DNA from: a virus
Taxonomy: Duplodnaviria > Heunggongvirae > Uroviricota > Caudoviricetes
DNA length: 64,000 nt
Reading direction: 5' to 3' (one strand)
Virus record (IMG/VR): IMGVR_UViG_3300033075_000957
Coordinates: 64,001-128,000 of that record
The position numbers and the translations under genes were made by a program. Below are positions 46,487-57,139 of this stretch, piece after piece; the first letter of the stretch is position 1, and each line of letters opens with the position of its first letter. The notes beneath the pieces were generated by a model. That model was not told the DNA's origin. It worked only from the letters and a program-made list of their open reading frames with translations, and made no database searches.

Positions 46487-49093
46487 TTACGCTATATATA
46501 CACCCTGCGGCGAAGCTTTCTGTATCGTAATAAGATTAGACTGACTCGGCATAGAATCGCGAATACGCTTGTTGCCAATTTTCACTCTAAATTCGGACTG
46601 GTATTTTAAACGCGACAACGCCTCCTTTTCTTTCTTAAGCATAGCGAACGTACCATTCGGATTCGACCGATTCATAAAGTTAAAATCAATAGTAGCAGTA
46701 TTAGGAGGGCGTTGGAATCTGCCCAAGCCTCCAGCAAAACCAAACTTATCTTGTAGTGTTTTTGTCAGTGCAGTTCTTGGATAATTGAATGTTTTAATCG
46801 TATAATTCGTCGTTAAACCATCGGGACCAAGAGAAATACTAATCGCGGTGATGTTGGCGTTTTCACCAAATTTCTCTCCGATATTATACACCGGTATTCC
46901 GGCAATACTGATTTGAGCCGATTCGACAGAAGTGGTACTATTGAATGCACGACCTACGATTCCGCTACACGCATCGTTAAACACAGAAGCGTTGCCATAG
47001 GTCCACGGAGCAAGTGAATCGTCGTGGATCACATTGACGCCACCGTGACGCGTACCTGTTGCGAACACTCCCGCGAAGTTCTTCTCGTTTCTTTGTACAG
47101 GAATAAAGAATCCGTATGCATTGCTGCTAAGCGGAATATTATGATGTAACCGGCGAGGAGCTAAACCGTAATTCAGATTATCATCGCCTTTGTCAAGCAT
47201 ATGGAAGCCGGTGATTTGTGCATGAGTGTAGCCTATAGCCAAGAGGAAATCGTAATGAGGATTATTGCGAACATAACCAGAACCTACGGTTAATTCTGTC
47301 AGAGGTCTGCTTACTCGTACAATAGCTTTGCTCGGTTCCTTTTGATACACATCGACTGATATAGGAACTACGAGTTTATCATTACTGTCGAACAGCCATT
47401 CGCCCGGAGTGTAATCTGAAATGTCTACCGGCCACGGGAAATAAGTAGGGTCTACTACTGTATCATAATCATTTATCGACAAAAACGCTTTTGTCAATCC
47501 TAAATCTGTCTTCAGGTTTAAATTCGAACTAGACATTAGGACTGGATGGTTTTGCGTAGCACCACTTGGAACATCTTTATATGGTTCAGACCATGCGGCT
47601 GACACGGCTTCGAATTCTAATCTAGGAGTGAGTTCGCTGCTGTCATACGTGTTCTCCGCTAGCCAATTCGAACTTCCCGCACGAACCAGCCAAGTAGTTC
47701 CGTAATAATTTTCAGCCACTTCTCTGGTGGCGTTATAAACATTGCTAATAAGATTCTTAGTTGTATCATCTATATCCGTAATACCACTACCACGACGAGC
47801 AATGCCCATAGCGGCAGCAATATCTGAAGGCCGACTAATCAATTCATTAGGACCGTTGTAAGGCTGAACGACCATACCAAGCTGTCCGCTGGCAAAATCC
47901 TGATGGTCCTTGAACAGCATCGCTTCCCACGATTCTTGACTATATAATGCGGCACGCAATGTGTTTTCGGATGGCTGATAACCTTTGATATTTGTCGTAC
48001 TAACGGTACGTATAACCTGTGGTGGATACGAAAGTCCTGTAGGATGCTTGAAGAAGTCAATATTCTGTACCGTTACAGTATTGGTAATTCTATCGAAACC
48101 AGAACATTTAATATTTTCTAACGATACTATTCCGCTCGTACCAGTAAAGTTATTAACAATTAAAGTTCCGTTTGGCGTTTCACCCCATACACGTTGAATT
48201 TCAGATGACGAAGGGCATTTCCAATAGGTAAGTGCCGGTCCGCACGCGACAACTTCTGTGGGATCAGAACGCAATTCTTTACCATACTGATAGCTTAAAC
48301 GTACTCCAGAATTTAATGCACCTGAGAGAAATGCCTGAATTTCTTTGCTGCCCGCAGCATCGTTATTACGAAAAATATGCTGAACTAGAATTCGATTAGT
48401 CGCTCCGGGCGTATATGTGGACGGATCAATATAGGCATGATAATCGAAGTTAAAATCATTAGAAATCTGTTGAAATAATTGATCCAGACTAACCTGACCG
48501 GCAGGTATACGGTACCAAGAGGGGATGCCACTAGGATTAGTTACTCCCGTGGTCATCGTCTGAAACCCGCTAGCAAAGCTAAGTATGAATTTATTACCCC
48601 AAGCGTCTATAACGCCGGTAGTTTCTAAAAATTCTCTAATCTTTGAGAAGGTCATTCCATAACGATTACTATCGGCAGCCTGTGGACTTCCGTAATAATT
48701 AAAAACATTAAAATAGTTTGGAATATAAACGCCTGTTCCAACACCAAATCCGTCTAATGAAAGGACGACATTTGGGAAAATAATACGAGGATCGACCAAA
48801 CTCACGTTAAATTTACGACCATCTGATCCAAAATTTTCTGAATACGAACGTACGTGTCCAATAAAATCCAAGGCTCCAAAGCGAAAACGGTTTAACGTCC
48901 CCGGTTCGCCCGATGCATAAATAAAGCCCGTAGCGTTGTTAGCAATATCTATAGCACTTGCCGCACTACCGGGAATTAAATCTATTTCAATTTGTGTGGG
49001 CGACGAATTAAGACCGAATGACGCAGAAAATCTCTGCATATAACAGCCTAATAAAGTCGTGACGCCCGTAATATTCTGAACGAACGCTGGCAT
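46487..49093 (-). CDS. putative tail hub/tip protein
   Basis: 868 aa, second gene after the tape measure; beta-rich N-terminus typical of hub-type proteins. Confidence 0.5.
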   Translation of the reverse strand: MPAFVQNITGVTTLLGCYMQRFSASFGLNSSPTQIEIDLIPGSAASAIDIANNATGFIYASGEPGTLNRFRFGALDFIGHVRSYSENFGSDGRKFNVSLVDPRIIFPNVVLSLDGFGVGTGVYIPNYFNVFNYYGSPQAADSNRYGMTFSKIREFLETTGVIDAWGNKFILSFASGFQTMTTGVTNPSGIPSWYRIPAGQVSLDQLFQQISNDFNFDYHAYIDPSTYTPGATNRILVQHIFRNNDAAGSKEIQAFLSGALNSGVRLSYQYGKELRSDPTEVVACGPALTYWKCPSSSEIQRVWGETPNGTLIVNNFTGTSGIVSLENIKCSGFDRITNTVTVQNIDFFKHPTGLSYPPQVIRTVSTTNIKGYQPSENTLRAALYSQESWEAMLFKDHQDFASGQLGMVVQPYNGPNELISRPSDIAAAMGIARRGSGITDIDDTTKNLISNVYNATREVAENYYGTTWLVRAGSSNWLAENTYDSSELTPRLEFEAVSAAWSEPYKDVPSGATQNHPVLMSSSNLNLKTDLGLTKAFLSINDYDTVVDPTYFPWPVDISDYTPGEWLFDSNDKLVVPISVDVYQKEPSKAIVRVSRPLTELTVGSGYVRNNPHYDFLLAIGYTHAQITGFHMLDKGDDNLNYGLAPRRLHHNIPLSSNAYGFFIPVQRNEKNFAGVFATGTRHGGVNVIHDDSLAPWTYGNASVFNDACSGIVGRAFNSTTSVESAQISIAGIPVYNIGEKFGENANITAISISLGPDGLTTNYTIKTFNYPRTALTKTLQDKFGFAGGLGRFQRPPNTATIDFNFMNRSNPNGTFAMLKKEKEALSRLKYQSEFRVKIGNKRIRDSMPSQSNLITIQKASPQGVYIA
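46497..46504 (-). promoter_or_regulatory. candidate late-promoter motif GGTGTATA
   Basis: in the last codons of the upstream gene, 14 nt before ATG 46482. Confidence 0.35.
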
Positions 49094-49098
49094 TTCCT

Positions 49099-51189
49099 TT
49101 AAACTCCGCTAGGGGCTATGGTACTAAAACTAGCATTAAATACCCCATTTTTCCAATCCCAATTTTCATTTTTCCCAACAATAAACCAGTCAGTACCATA
49201 TACACCTAAATCAGCCATAACGTTCGAAAAATATCCGGACGCAACACCTCGTGGACCGGTGCGATCGGAAAATGTCCAATGAGTTGTCCCGTTAGGCCCC
49301 ATGATCAAGGTAACCGATACATTTCTACGATATTCTGTTTTGGTACCGATATTTTGTATGATCGGCCCAGCGGCTCTGCCGGGAATAATCTGTGGGACTA
49401 CAACGTCCTGCGGCCAAACTTCTTCTACAGAAATGTCGGCAATAGCTACGTTTGTTCCACTAGCCTGTAGCGAATTGTTATACGTGAAGTTATAGCCAAT
49501 TTGTCCAGCATTACGATTGACACTAATTTGGCGGGTGACAGGACGGTTCTTAATGCCGGGAGTATTAGGAGCATATGTAGCCACATAGCCGCTAACAGTA
49601 TTATATATTGTTCCTAAAACAGTAGACCACGCGGCACTGGCGTTATCATAACGTCCTGACGGACTGTCACTTGTTTGTAGCCCCTGAACGGTTCCGTTGA
49701 TAGTTGCGTTTACAAGATAACCACCATTTGTACCGATCGCATTCTGTGTACTTACGTCTATGCTATAAATATTTGTGTACGCATCACCGGCAGAACCTTC
49801 GGTATATCCAAAAGTATAACTATAGCTAATTACGCCATTAGGCTTGTTGTGCGAAATTGTCTTAGCAACAGGGTTGTTGCTAAAATTGCTTGCCGTTAAG
49901 CCTGACCCGAAGATAGTGTTATTACCATAAGCAAATGCTAGGGTCTTTAATGTTGGTTGTAAAGCCTGCCATCCGGTAATAGCGGCGTTAAACTTCTCGC
50001 CGTTTGGACCCCAAAAACCATCTAAAGTTATTCCCTCAATTTGTCCGGCAATAGTAACAGACGGTACGGAAGAGGTGTCATTATTAAACGAAACATCATA
50101 GCTATGCCGATAAAAGCTGCCGGTGTTGTTTACGTAGTTAATGCCGTAGCTTAGTGTGCCATTAGTCCAGTCTTCGTCTAGTGAAATAAGTTGTCCTGAT
50201 CCATACGCACCTACCAGCGAGCCAAGGACATCTTTGATACTGTTCCAGTATGTGTACGCATTAACCAGTCTTCCGGAAACCGAGTTCCCCGTAGAGAATC
50301 CTTGGATCGTTCCGTTCACGCTGATATTTGTTATAGTAGCGGACAGATCGCCTAAAAGTGGGTACTGAGTGCTCTTTGAAACTCGACGATTTTCTATATA
50401 CGGCTGTGTCCCGTAGTTATATCTTTGGGTAACAGTGTATGAACCTGCTGTCTTGTCTACCGTTTCCTCTTCAATAAAATTACTGTACCCGGTCATGGAA
50501 ATCGTGCCAGTAGGAAGGTTGAAATAGTTGTCTTCCATGCCTACGGAGGTAATTCTGGCTGTAACCCATGCCTTGGCATTTTTCCACGCTTCCCCGTTCG
50601 CGATACCACTGACGTTCCAGACGGTTTGTGCTGTAGCCGCAACGGTTCTGGCAATGTTATATGAAGTCAAACTGTCTTCGCGGCGAGCAATGCTAAAAGA
50701 ATCCGACACGCGGACCAGACCGTAGCCAGAAGAATTCAAATACCAATTGTCTTCAATGCCGGACGACCCTACCTTATTAAGATAGTTGGCCGATAAATCG
50801 ATAGTATAGTCGCATTTTTGTACCCATACTCCCGGATCAAACGAAATTGCATTAAGACGAGCGTAGCACTCAACGGCGTTTTGACCTGACGGAGCATAGT
50901 AGAAATATAGTCCGGTGTTTGCGAATAACTCTCGCATATATTCTTGTTTGAGCAAGATGGCGTTGTGCGAAGCATCAACTGTAACTATTGTTGTATCATT
51001 CGGTACATCGGTTTCAGACGCATGCCATCCGCTCACGCGGGGCGAGCCCATATCCGGCAGCAGGGTTCCGCGTAAACCAATCTGATACTGAGTATTTACT
51101 AACCGACCATCATCTGAAAAGATTCCCTGCTTGTTGATTGTAACGAGCGGAGCGGGCACTATTCTTTTATTGTTGATCCATAAAGTCAT
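49099..51189 (-). CDS. putative distal-tail-region protein with ~100-aa internal repeats
   Basis: directly follows the tape measure; repeated (I/V)NGT(I/V)QG..SGR..NA..W units. Confidence 0.55.
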   Translation of the reverse strand: MTLWINNKRIVPAPLVTINKQGIFSDDGRLVNTQYQIGLRGTLLPDMGSPRVSGWHASETDVPNDTTIVTVDASHNAILLKQEYMRELFANTGLYFYYAPSGQNAVECYARLNAISFDPGVWVQKCDYTIDLSANYLNKVGSSGIEDNWYLNSSGYGLVRVSDSFSIARREDSLTSYNIARTVAATAQTVWNVSGIANGEAWKNAKAWVTARITSVGMEDNYFNLPTGTISMTGYSNFIEEETVDKTAGSYTVTQRYNYGTQPYIENRRVSKSTQYPLLGDLSATITNISVNGTIQGFSTGNSVSGRLVNAYTYWNSIKDVLGSLVGAYGSGQLISLDEDWTNGTLSYGINYVNNTGSFYRHSYDVSFNNDTSSVPSVTIAGQIEGITLDGFWGPNGEKFNAAITGWQALQPTLKTLAFAYGNNTIFGSGLTASNFSNNPVAKTISHNKPNGVISYSYTFGYTEGSAGDAYTNIYSIDVSTQNAIGTNGGYLVNATINGTVQGLQTSDSPSGRYDNASAAWSTVLGTIYNTVSGYVATYAPNTPGIKNRPVTRQISVNRNAGQIGYNFTYNNSLQASGTNVAIADISVEEVWPQDVVVPQIIPGRAAGPIIQNIGTKTEYRRNVSVTLIMGPNGTTHWTFSDRTGPRGVASGYFSNVMADLGVYGTDWFIVGKNENWDWKNGVFNASFSTIAPSGV

Positions 51190-54100
51190 TAATATCCTCC
51201 ATACGACATATTAGGATTATCAAGGCGAGGCTTAGAAGATTGCAACTTACTTGCTTTATCAGGCTCATCCGCAAAAACTTCTGACAATTTGGAACTAATT
51301 GCTTCTTCAATGTTTTTCTGAATTTCCGGTCCAAGAATTTCAAGAATACCATCTGAAAACACTTTGACATTCACAAGCATCGGTTCAACGGCAACACTAT
51401 GTTCCATTTTATTTGCGGCAGCCATCTGCTCAAATCTATTAGAAGTCATAGACGGTATATCTGGAGCGGAAATGGGACGCATCTGCGAATCAACAATAGC
51501 AACTTTTTGTGCCGCATCACCAAATAGTTTATCTACCTGATTCTTGATACCGTTCAACGCACCGATACCTTGATCGGCAATCATCTGTAGGACAACCGTC
51601 TGATCAAGCAAAGCTTTCTTTTGTTCGATCATTACGTTTTTCTGTACGTCTAGCGACCGTACCATTTGTTCACGTAACTGTGTTTCTAATTTAGAAGCGT
51701 CTCGCTGTGCTTGGAAACTTTGTAGTAATTGCGACTCAATGTCTTTGGAAGATACGTTTTTACCAGTGAAAGCGGTTAGTGCTGCTGCGATTGCAGGGCC
51801 GCCGAAAGATGAGTTGATCTTGTCGTTAATCTGATTTCCTGTGAGATTTGTTCCTTTAATGTTGAAGTCACCGATAGTAGAAAATAATCCGGTTACCCTA
51901 TCAAGTCCGCCCGGACCTAATGCGGCAAAACCTTTATTTAAAGCAGCACTGCCGGTTGATCCTCCTGTAGCCTTGCCAAACTTACGCAAGTCGCTTAAAG
52001 CAATAGCGAAATCTTTCTTCGTCATCTGGCGAACAGATTGACCGGCCTCGATAACCGTTGACTTCAGTGTTGTGAATACTTCGCGTAAGCTATCGGTTGC
52101 ACTAGCAGCATTATCAATACGATACTGTAAATCTTCTAGGCTTTGATTGAATAACTGCTGAACACGATTGAACGCGGAGGCCGACTCCTGTGCCTTACGC
52201 TCTAAATTAAAGGCTTGTTGCGTAGGATTACCGCTTGATTGTGCCGCACGGTTCTGGTCACGTATCAATTGTTTTTGGGCAAATTCTAAAGCACCGGTAA
52301 AATCACCACTGGAAGTATTGGCTCGACGCAAAAAGGCCGCTGCCCGTTCACGCTGAGTGTCTACTCCAGAACCACCGGATAAGAGATTAAATCTACTACC
52401 TTCTATTCTACGGTCTTCGCTCGCGTCTTTGAAATTACGGATTCCATCGGATGCCTGCTTGATAGCATCGTCCATTTGTAATAACGATGCCGCAAGCCGT
52501 GATCGCACCTCTAGTTCGGCGGCAACCGCCTCCGCTTGTGCTCGTAAAACATTTGCGACTGAATCGCCTACATCTTTCACGCGTGTAAGTTCGTCAGCCG
52601 CTGCCCCGGCATTATTGCCTATCTTATCAAGAAACTGTAAAACATCATTTAAAGTTGACTCCGGTCCTAACAATCCTTGTACAGCAGCAAGAACCGGCTC
52701 GGCAATTGCTTTTGTAGCATCGTCTCCAAGATTTTCAATAAACGTACCGATAGTAGCAATTTGCGAAGTGTCTTCGCCACTAGCAAAATTCTTGCTCAAA
52801 CCATTTTTAACAGCATCAGTAAAGTTTTTGTTAGATAATATCTTCGAAAGATTTTGTGTAAGAGCATCTCGGATGTTAAAGATTCGCCCAAAACCACTTT
52901 GGTCGAGTAATTGACGGTTATTACTAGTAAGATTTGGTTTAATCAAATCTGTAAAATTAGTAATAACTTTTGCGAATTGAGAAGATATATCAATCTTCCC
53001 TAATTGCTCGTCAAAATCACGCAGCGACTGCACGGTTCTATCCAGTGAAAACCCAAGTTTATCAAAGAAATTAGACGTATCTTCGTTTCGTTGATCGACG
53101 CGACCAGTCTTTACACGTTTTTCTAAATCCGATAGTGTGCCTAACTTACCTTGCGATGTAAGATCGGCAAGTACTTTACGGATTGCGTTATCACCGCCTC
53201 CGGTACCACCAGATATCTTTCCGAAAAGATTCTTAATAGCCTGATCGCGTACTTTAGTTAAATCCTGATCGCCTCCGCGAGCGATATTTTTAATAATCTT
53301 GTCTTCCTCGGCACGAATAAGTTTGGCAAAATTATCAGCGTTCTGCGGAGAAGCCTTAATGAAATTCGCTATTCCGTTTGGATTGCTTACCGTTCTTGTT
53401 TCTGTTGTTACAGATTCGCCAAGACGCCTATCAAAGACGGTGCGTCCCGGAATAACCGTTGGCGAGCCAGCACCAGCAATTGCCCGTAAGAAACTCGTTG
53501 GGTCACCAGCGTTTATCTGTTTGGTAAACTCATCCGCCTGTTTCTCTATTTGTGCTTTAGTGTTCGCCTCCATAGCACGCATGAGGCCAATAGTAGCACC
53601 AGTCAGCCCGCCTATAGCCGCCCCCCACGGACCTATCAACGATCCAAGACCTGCACCAATACCAGCACCTTGTAAAGCACCATTGAATAAATTTTGACCT
53701 GCGGACGGACGATCCCCACCAACATTAAGAGCACCTGATCCGGCTATCAACCCGCCGATTCCCAAAGCAGACAGTGCTGTGCTTCCAAGACCTGCCCTAG
53801 CAGCCAGAGCACCGATTCCAAATCTACGCGTATATCTTGCCCCCAAAGCAAGCGGATTTCTTTGACGACGAGCAAGAGAGGCAAGTGCTCCTTCTGACCC
53901 AGCACGGTCTTCCAGAATAGAAAAAGCCTGCTGGGCAGAAATTCCGTTATTCATCGCGATACGATTTACAATTCCACGATTCTTAAACGACCCTAAGAAT
54001 CCAGAACCGAATTCTTTAACTCTTGGGAGTGCCCATGCCGCACCTAAACCAGCAAGCACGGCAATCAAAACTTTACCATTCTTTACAACATCAGAAAAAC

Positions 54101-56276
54101 CAACTGCAAGATCAGCTAAATCTTTAACCAATTTCTTAATCGTAGAATCACGCGATAGAGTTTCTATCATGTCAGCAAACGCCGCAGCGATGCGATTAAA
54201 ACTTGTTGCTACATTATCACCGGCAGCCTGAGCATCTTTTTCGACCGACCCAGCAGATCGTGCGATAAGATCAAAAACCGTAGTTTGACCCTGACCCTTC
54301 TTGATAGCTTCGGAATTGATTTCTTCCAACAGCTTTCCAAAACGAGCCAACTGACGAACATCAACAAGAGGAGAAAGTAAATTGTTCTTCTGCTGTGAAG
54401 AAAGTTTGGCATATTTGTCAGCTAAAACATCTAACTGTTGTATAACAGTCAGATTACGTATATCTGATCCAAATATCGATTCTAAGAAATCTTGCGACTT
54501 GTTACTCTGTAATTTGACCAGCGTTGTACGGAAGAACGTAGAAACTACAGCCGCTGATTCACGAGTCTTACTGCGTAACAACGTTGTAAGTTCAATAAAC
54601 TTATTAAGATCAGCACCGGCAGAAGTAAAAGCGGAACCTGATTTCGACGCAGCTTCAATCAAGTCGCGAGATTCGATAGCGGTTTCTTTGGCGACATAGT
54701 TAAAACGATCAAGAATACTCACGGTATCCGTCAATCCAAGTCCGAACTGACCGAATACGGCGACCAGACCTTCGGCGGTAGATTTCACATCGTCGAAACT
54801 CGGAGTCAGAGGTAGGTCAGCGAGAATCTTAGTAACAGACTTTAATTGTTCAACACTATCATAACCAGCCTGTGCAAATACCAGCAAACCCTCAGAAATA
54901 TCGTTTATGCCAGTACCAGTATCTTTCGCAGACGCGAAAATAGCACGGCCAAGATTCTCCATATCGTCTTTGGTACCGCCGGTAACCTGACGTAGTTTAG
55001 TTAGATTCTTATCAAATTCTTTTGTCTGCTCAATGCCCGAGTAGAATAAGCTTGACAGCTTTTGAAATGCGAATGTGCCAAGTACGAATGCGGAATAACG
55101 CTTGAATGCCAACGCAGTATTCTCGCCGAAACGCCTAGCACTAAAAGCGGAATTTTCATAAGCACGCTTTACTTTACCTAGCTCGCTAACCGCGTTTCGA
55201 ACATTGGTGAAGTACTGTTGACCGAACGGATTTTTCTGCGACTCAATAGGTGATTTTGCACCCTGACCAGCACCACGCAGCATCGCGATTTCTCGCGGAT
55301 TCTGCTGAGTAAACTTGCGAGCCTGCTGAAGAGTGCTATTATTCCGGCTTATACCAGCGGCTTCCGCCTTATTAATCTCGTGCTGTAAAGCAAGTTGTTG
55401 TTGCTTTACACGCGATTCTTCTTTATCAAGTTCGATATTCTGACGTATTAAAGTTTTTCTCTCTAATTCCGTACGCGATTCATCTGCCGCAATATTTGCC
55501 CGAACGATTCGTTCAGTGCTCAATTGCTCACCACGTTTTTGAGCGGCATTATCAGATAATAATTGACGCTGACGTTCAGCAAGCTGATCCCGATTTTTCT
55601 GTTGAAACTCGTTTCTCTCTAGAAATTCTGGCAAACCTCGATTGCGGCGAGCATTAGCTTTCTTTTCGTTTTCAGCCGCCTGCAAGTCTGCTAAACGAGC
55701 CTGCTCTATGGCTCGCTGCTTATTCAAAGCAACTTGTGCCGCAGCAGCAGTCTTTTCATAAGATTTTGCCTCTTTTACTTTCGTAGAAGTTATTTGTTTT
55801 TCAGCAGTTTGAATTAAACGTACTTGATCATTAACTGTATCAGCCAAGCGTTCTGCAACTAAACTTTTAAAATCTATACCCTCGAAAATACCTACATATT
55901 TACCAATTACAGATTTTAACTTTCCAGAATCGCCTTCCAGAGCTACCCGGCCAACTTTACGCAGAGCCGCTTCCACTTGTCGAATCTGAGTTACACTATT
56001 TTTTAACTCTAAAGCGGCAAGCCCGCCTCCAAAAATACTTTTGAAAAGTTTGTTTTTCCCACCACCAATACCCTGTAATCGTATAAGCGACTTACCGAGT
56101 TTTTCGGTTGAAGATGTCATCTCGTTAAAGACATTAGCGTTGAATTTGGTTAAATCATCAACGCGAACATTCTTAAACGCATTACTAGCAGCCGCAGCCA
56201 GCGTAGCCTGAAATTTTTCAATGCCACGTATCTGCTCAATAGTTAATGTTGATGGAATATTAATTCTATCCGCCAC
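51189..56276 (-). CDS. tail tape measure protein
   Basis: 1695 aa, helical and Ala/Gly-rich; TP901-type FDKNLTKLRQVTG..IFASAKDTG..FAQAG region; central hydrophobic GAGLGSLIGPWGAAIGG segment. Confidence 0.92.
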   Translation of the reverse strand: MADRINIPSTLTIEQIRGIEKFQATLAAAASNAFKNVRVDDLTKFNANVFNEMTSSTEKLGKSLIRLQGIGGGKNKLFKSIFGGGLAALELKNSVTQIRQVEAALRKVGRVALEGDSGKLKSVIGKYVGIFEGIDFKSLVAERLADTVNDQVRLIQTAEKQITSTKVKEAKSYEKTAAAAQVALNKQRAIEQARLADLQAAENEKKANARRNRGLPEFLERNEFQQKNRDQLAERQRQLLSDNAAQKRGEQLSTERIVRANIAADESRTELERKTLIRQNIELDKEESRVKQQQLALQHEINKAEAAGISRNNSTLQQARKFTQQNPREIAMLRGAGQGAKSPIESQKNPFGQQYFTNVRNAVSELGKVKRAYENSAFSARRFGENTALAFKRYSAFVLGTFAFQKLSSLFYSGIEQTKEFDKNLTKLRQVTGGTKDDMENLGRAIFASAKDTGTGINDISEGLLVFAQAGYDSVEQLKSVTKILADLPLTPSFDDVKSTAEGLVAVFGQFGLGLTDTVSILDRFNYVAKETAIESRDLIEAASKSGSAFTSAGADLNKFIELTTLLRSKTRESAAVVSTFFRTTLVKLQSNKSQDFLESIFGSDIRNLTVIQQLDVLADKYAKLSSQQKNNLLSPLVDVRQLARFGKLLEEINSEAIKKGQGQTTVFDLIARSAGSVEKDAQAAGDNVATSFNRIAAAFADMIETLSRDSTIKKLVKDLADLAVGFSDVVKNGKVLIAVLAGLGAAWALPRVKEFGSGFLGSFKNRGIVNRIAMNNGISAQQAFSILEDRAGSEGALASLARRQRNPLALGARYTRRFGIGALAARAGLGSTALSALGIGGLIAGSGALNVGGDRPSAGQNLFNGALQGAGIGAGLGSLIGPWGAAIGGLTGATIGLMRAMEANTKAQIEKQADEFTKQINAGDPTSFLRAIAGAGSPTVIPGRTVFDRRLGESVTTETRTVSNPNGIANFIKASPQNADNFAKLIRAEEDKIIKNIARGGDQDLTKVRDQAIKNLFGKISGGTGGGDNAIRKVLADLTSQGKLGTLSDLEKRVKTGRVDQRNEDTSNFFDKLGFSLDRTVQSLRDFDEQLGKIDISSQFAKVITNFTDLIKPNLTSNNRQLLDQSGFGRIFNIRDALTQNLSKILSNKNFTDAVKNGLSKNFASGEDTSQIATIGTFIENLGDDATKAIAEPVLAAVQGLLGPESTLNDVLQFLDKIGNNAGAAADELTRVKDVGDSVANVLRAQAEAVAAELEVRSRLAASLLQMDDAIKQASDGIRNFKDASEDRRIEGSRFNLLSGGSGVDTQRERAAAFLRRANTSSGDFTGALEFAQKQLIRDQNRAAQSSGNPTQQAFNLERKAQESASAFNRVQQLFNQSLEDLQYRIDNAASATDSLREVFTTLKSTVIEAGQSVRQMTKKDFAIALSDLRKFGKATGGSTGSAALNKGFAALGPGGLDRVTGLFSTIGDFNIKGTNLTGNQINDKINSSFGGPAIAAALTAFTGKNVSSKDIESQLLQSFQAQRDASKLETQLREQMVRSLDVQKNVMIEQKKALLDQTVVLQMIADQGIGALNGIKNQVDKLFGDAAQKVAIVDSQMRPISAPDIPSMTSNRFEQMAAANKMEHSVAVEPMLVNVKVFSDGILEILGPEIQKNIEEAISSKLSEVFADEPDKASKLQSSKPRLDNPNMSYGGY

Positions 56277-56297
56277 TTTCCGACAACCTTTCCTAAA

Positions 56298-56328
56298 TTA
56301 AAAATCCGCCGTAAATATACGACGGATT
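56298..56328 (-). terminator. intrinsic terminator-like hairpin upstream of the tape measure gene
   Basis: minus strand AATCCGTCGTA-TATT-TACGGCGGATT followed by TTT; G-U wobble is minus-strand specific. Confidence 0.6.
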
Positions 56329-56334
56329 ATACAC
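56328..56334 (-). promoter_or_regulatory. candidate late-promoter motif GTGTATA abutting the hairpin
   Basis: intergenic; 7/8 match to the recurrent motif. Confidence 0.4.
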
Positions 56335-56359
56335 TTTTTCAGAAAAAATGTTTAAATCA

Positions 56360-57139
56360 TTACGGTACACGAGCAGGTGACTCGACTGCCTTCTCGTCTG
56401 ACCACCCGTCTTCAACCTGTAATTCGCCATTGGCGTCTAATAGGTTGCCAAAATAATCTACACGGTTACCGTCTTCATTAATATAGTTTCCATTTTCATC
56501 AATTAATTTACCGTCTTCGCTAACAACACGACCTTTGGGATCGAGTAATTGATATCTATCATTCATGAACCCATGCTTAATAAGCCAAGAATTTTCATAC
56601 AGATGCTTCTCAAAATCGGTATTTACGCCAACCAGAAGTTTCATTACTTCTTCCATTGCTTTTCCGGCGACCTCGTTGCCATTGTCGGCCTTATAATCTT
56701 CGAATGTTGGCCAGTATTGTGTACCGTCCTCTTTCTTGGTACATGCCCAAACAAGATACATAATACGTTCCAACGCGGCTAAGGACTCGGCTGTAGCATT
56801 AAAATACTGACTGACACCCGCGTTAACATCAGCAATCTTCTGGCGTAGTTTCCGCATCTCTAACGCGAGTCCACGACCATCCGATAGAGACATTTTTGAA
56901 CCATCCGGATTCTTCGCTTTGCGTAACCGTAACTCCATAGATCGAAGTTCTTTACGCATGTCTTCTTCTTTTTGATTCTCGGCAACAACATCGAGTAGCC
57001 CTTGCTTATTAAGCAACTGCTCGACTTTGATACGGGGAGGTGCCTCGCCTGTTTCCCATAATCTCATAAATGTCTTAGAATAAAGCCGCTCACCCTCTTG
57101 CCGAATAGAACTTGTTGGTTTAATTACTTTAAAACTCAT
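56360..57139 (-). CDS. putative tail assembly chaperone with C-terminal 7-aa DxxG repeats
   Basis: immediately upstream of the tape measure; LDPKGRV/VSEDGKL/IDENGNY/INEDGNR/VDYFGNL/LDANGEL. Confidence 0.55.
   Translation of the reverse strand: MSFKVIKPTSSIRQEGERLYSKTFMRLWETGEAPPRIKVEQLLNKQGLLDVVAENQKEEDMRKELRSMELRLRKAKNPDGSKMSLSDGRGLALEMRKLRQKIADVNAGVSQYFNATAESLAALERIMYLVWACTKKEDGTQYWPTFEDYKADNGNEVAGKAMEEVMKLLVGVNTDFEKHLYENSWLIKHGFMNDRYQLLDPKGRVVSEDGKLIDENGNYINEDGNRVDYFGNLLDANGELQVEDGWSDEKAVESPARVP

Noticed and set aside
51841-54699. Long plus-strand ORFs antisense to the tape measure, and similar shadow ORFs throughout
   Set aside because: They are fully nested opposite well-supported genes, have no recognisable motifs and are expected from codon bias.
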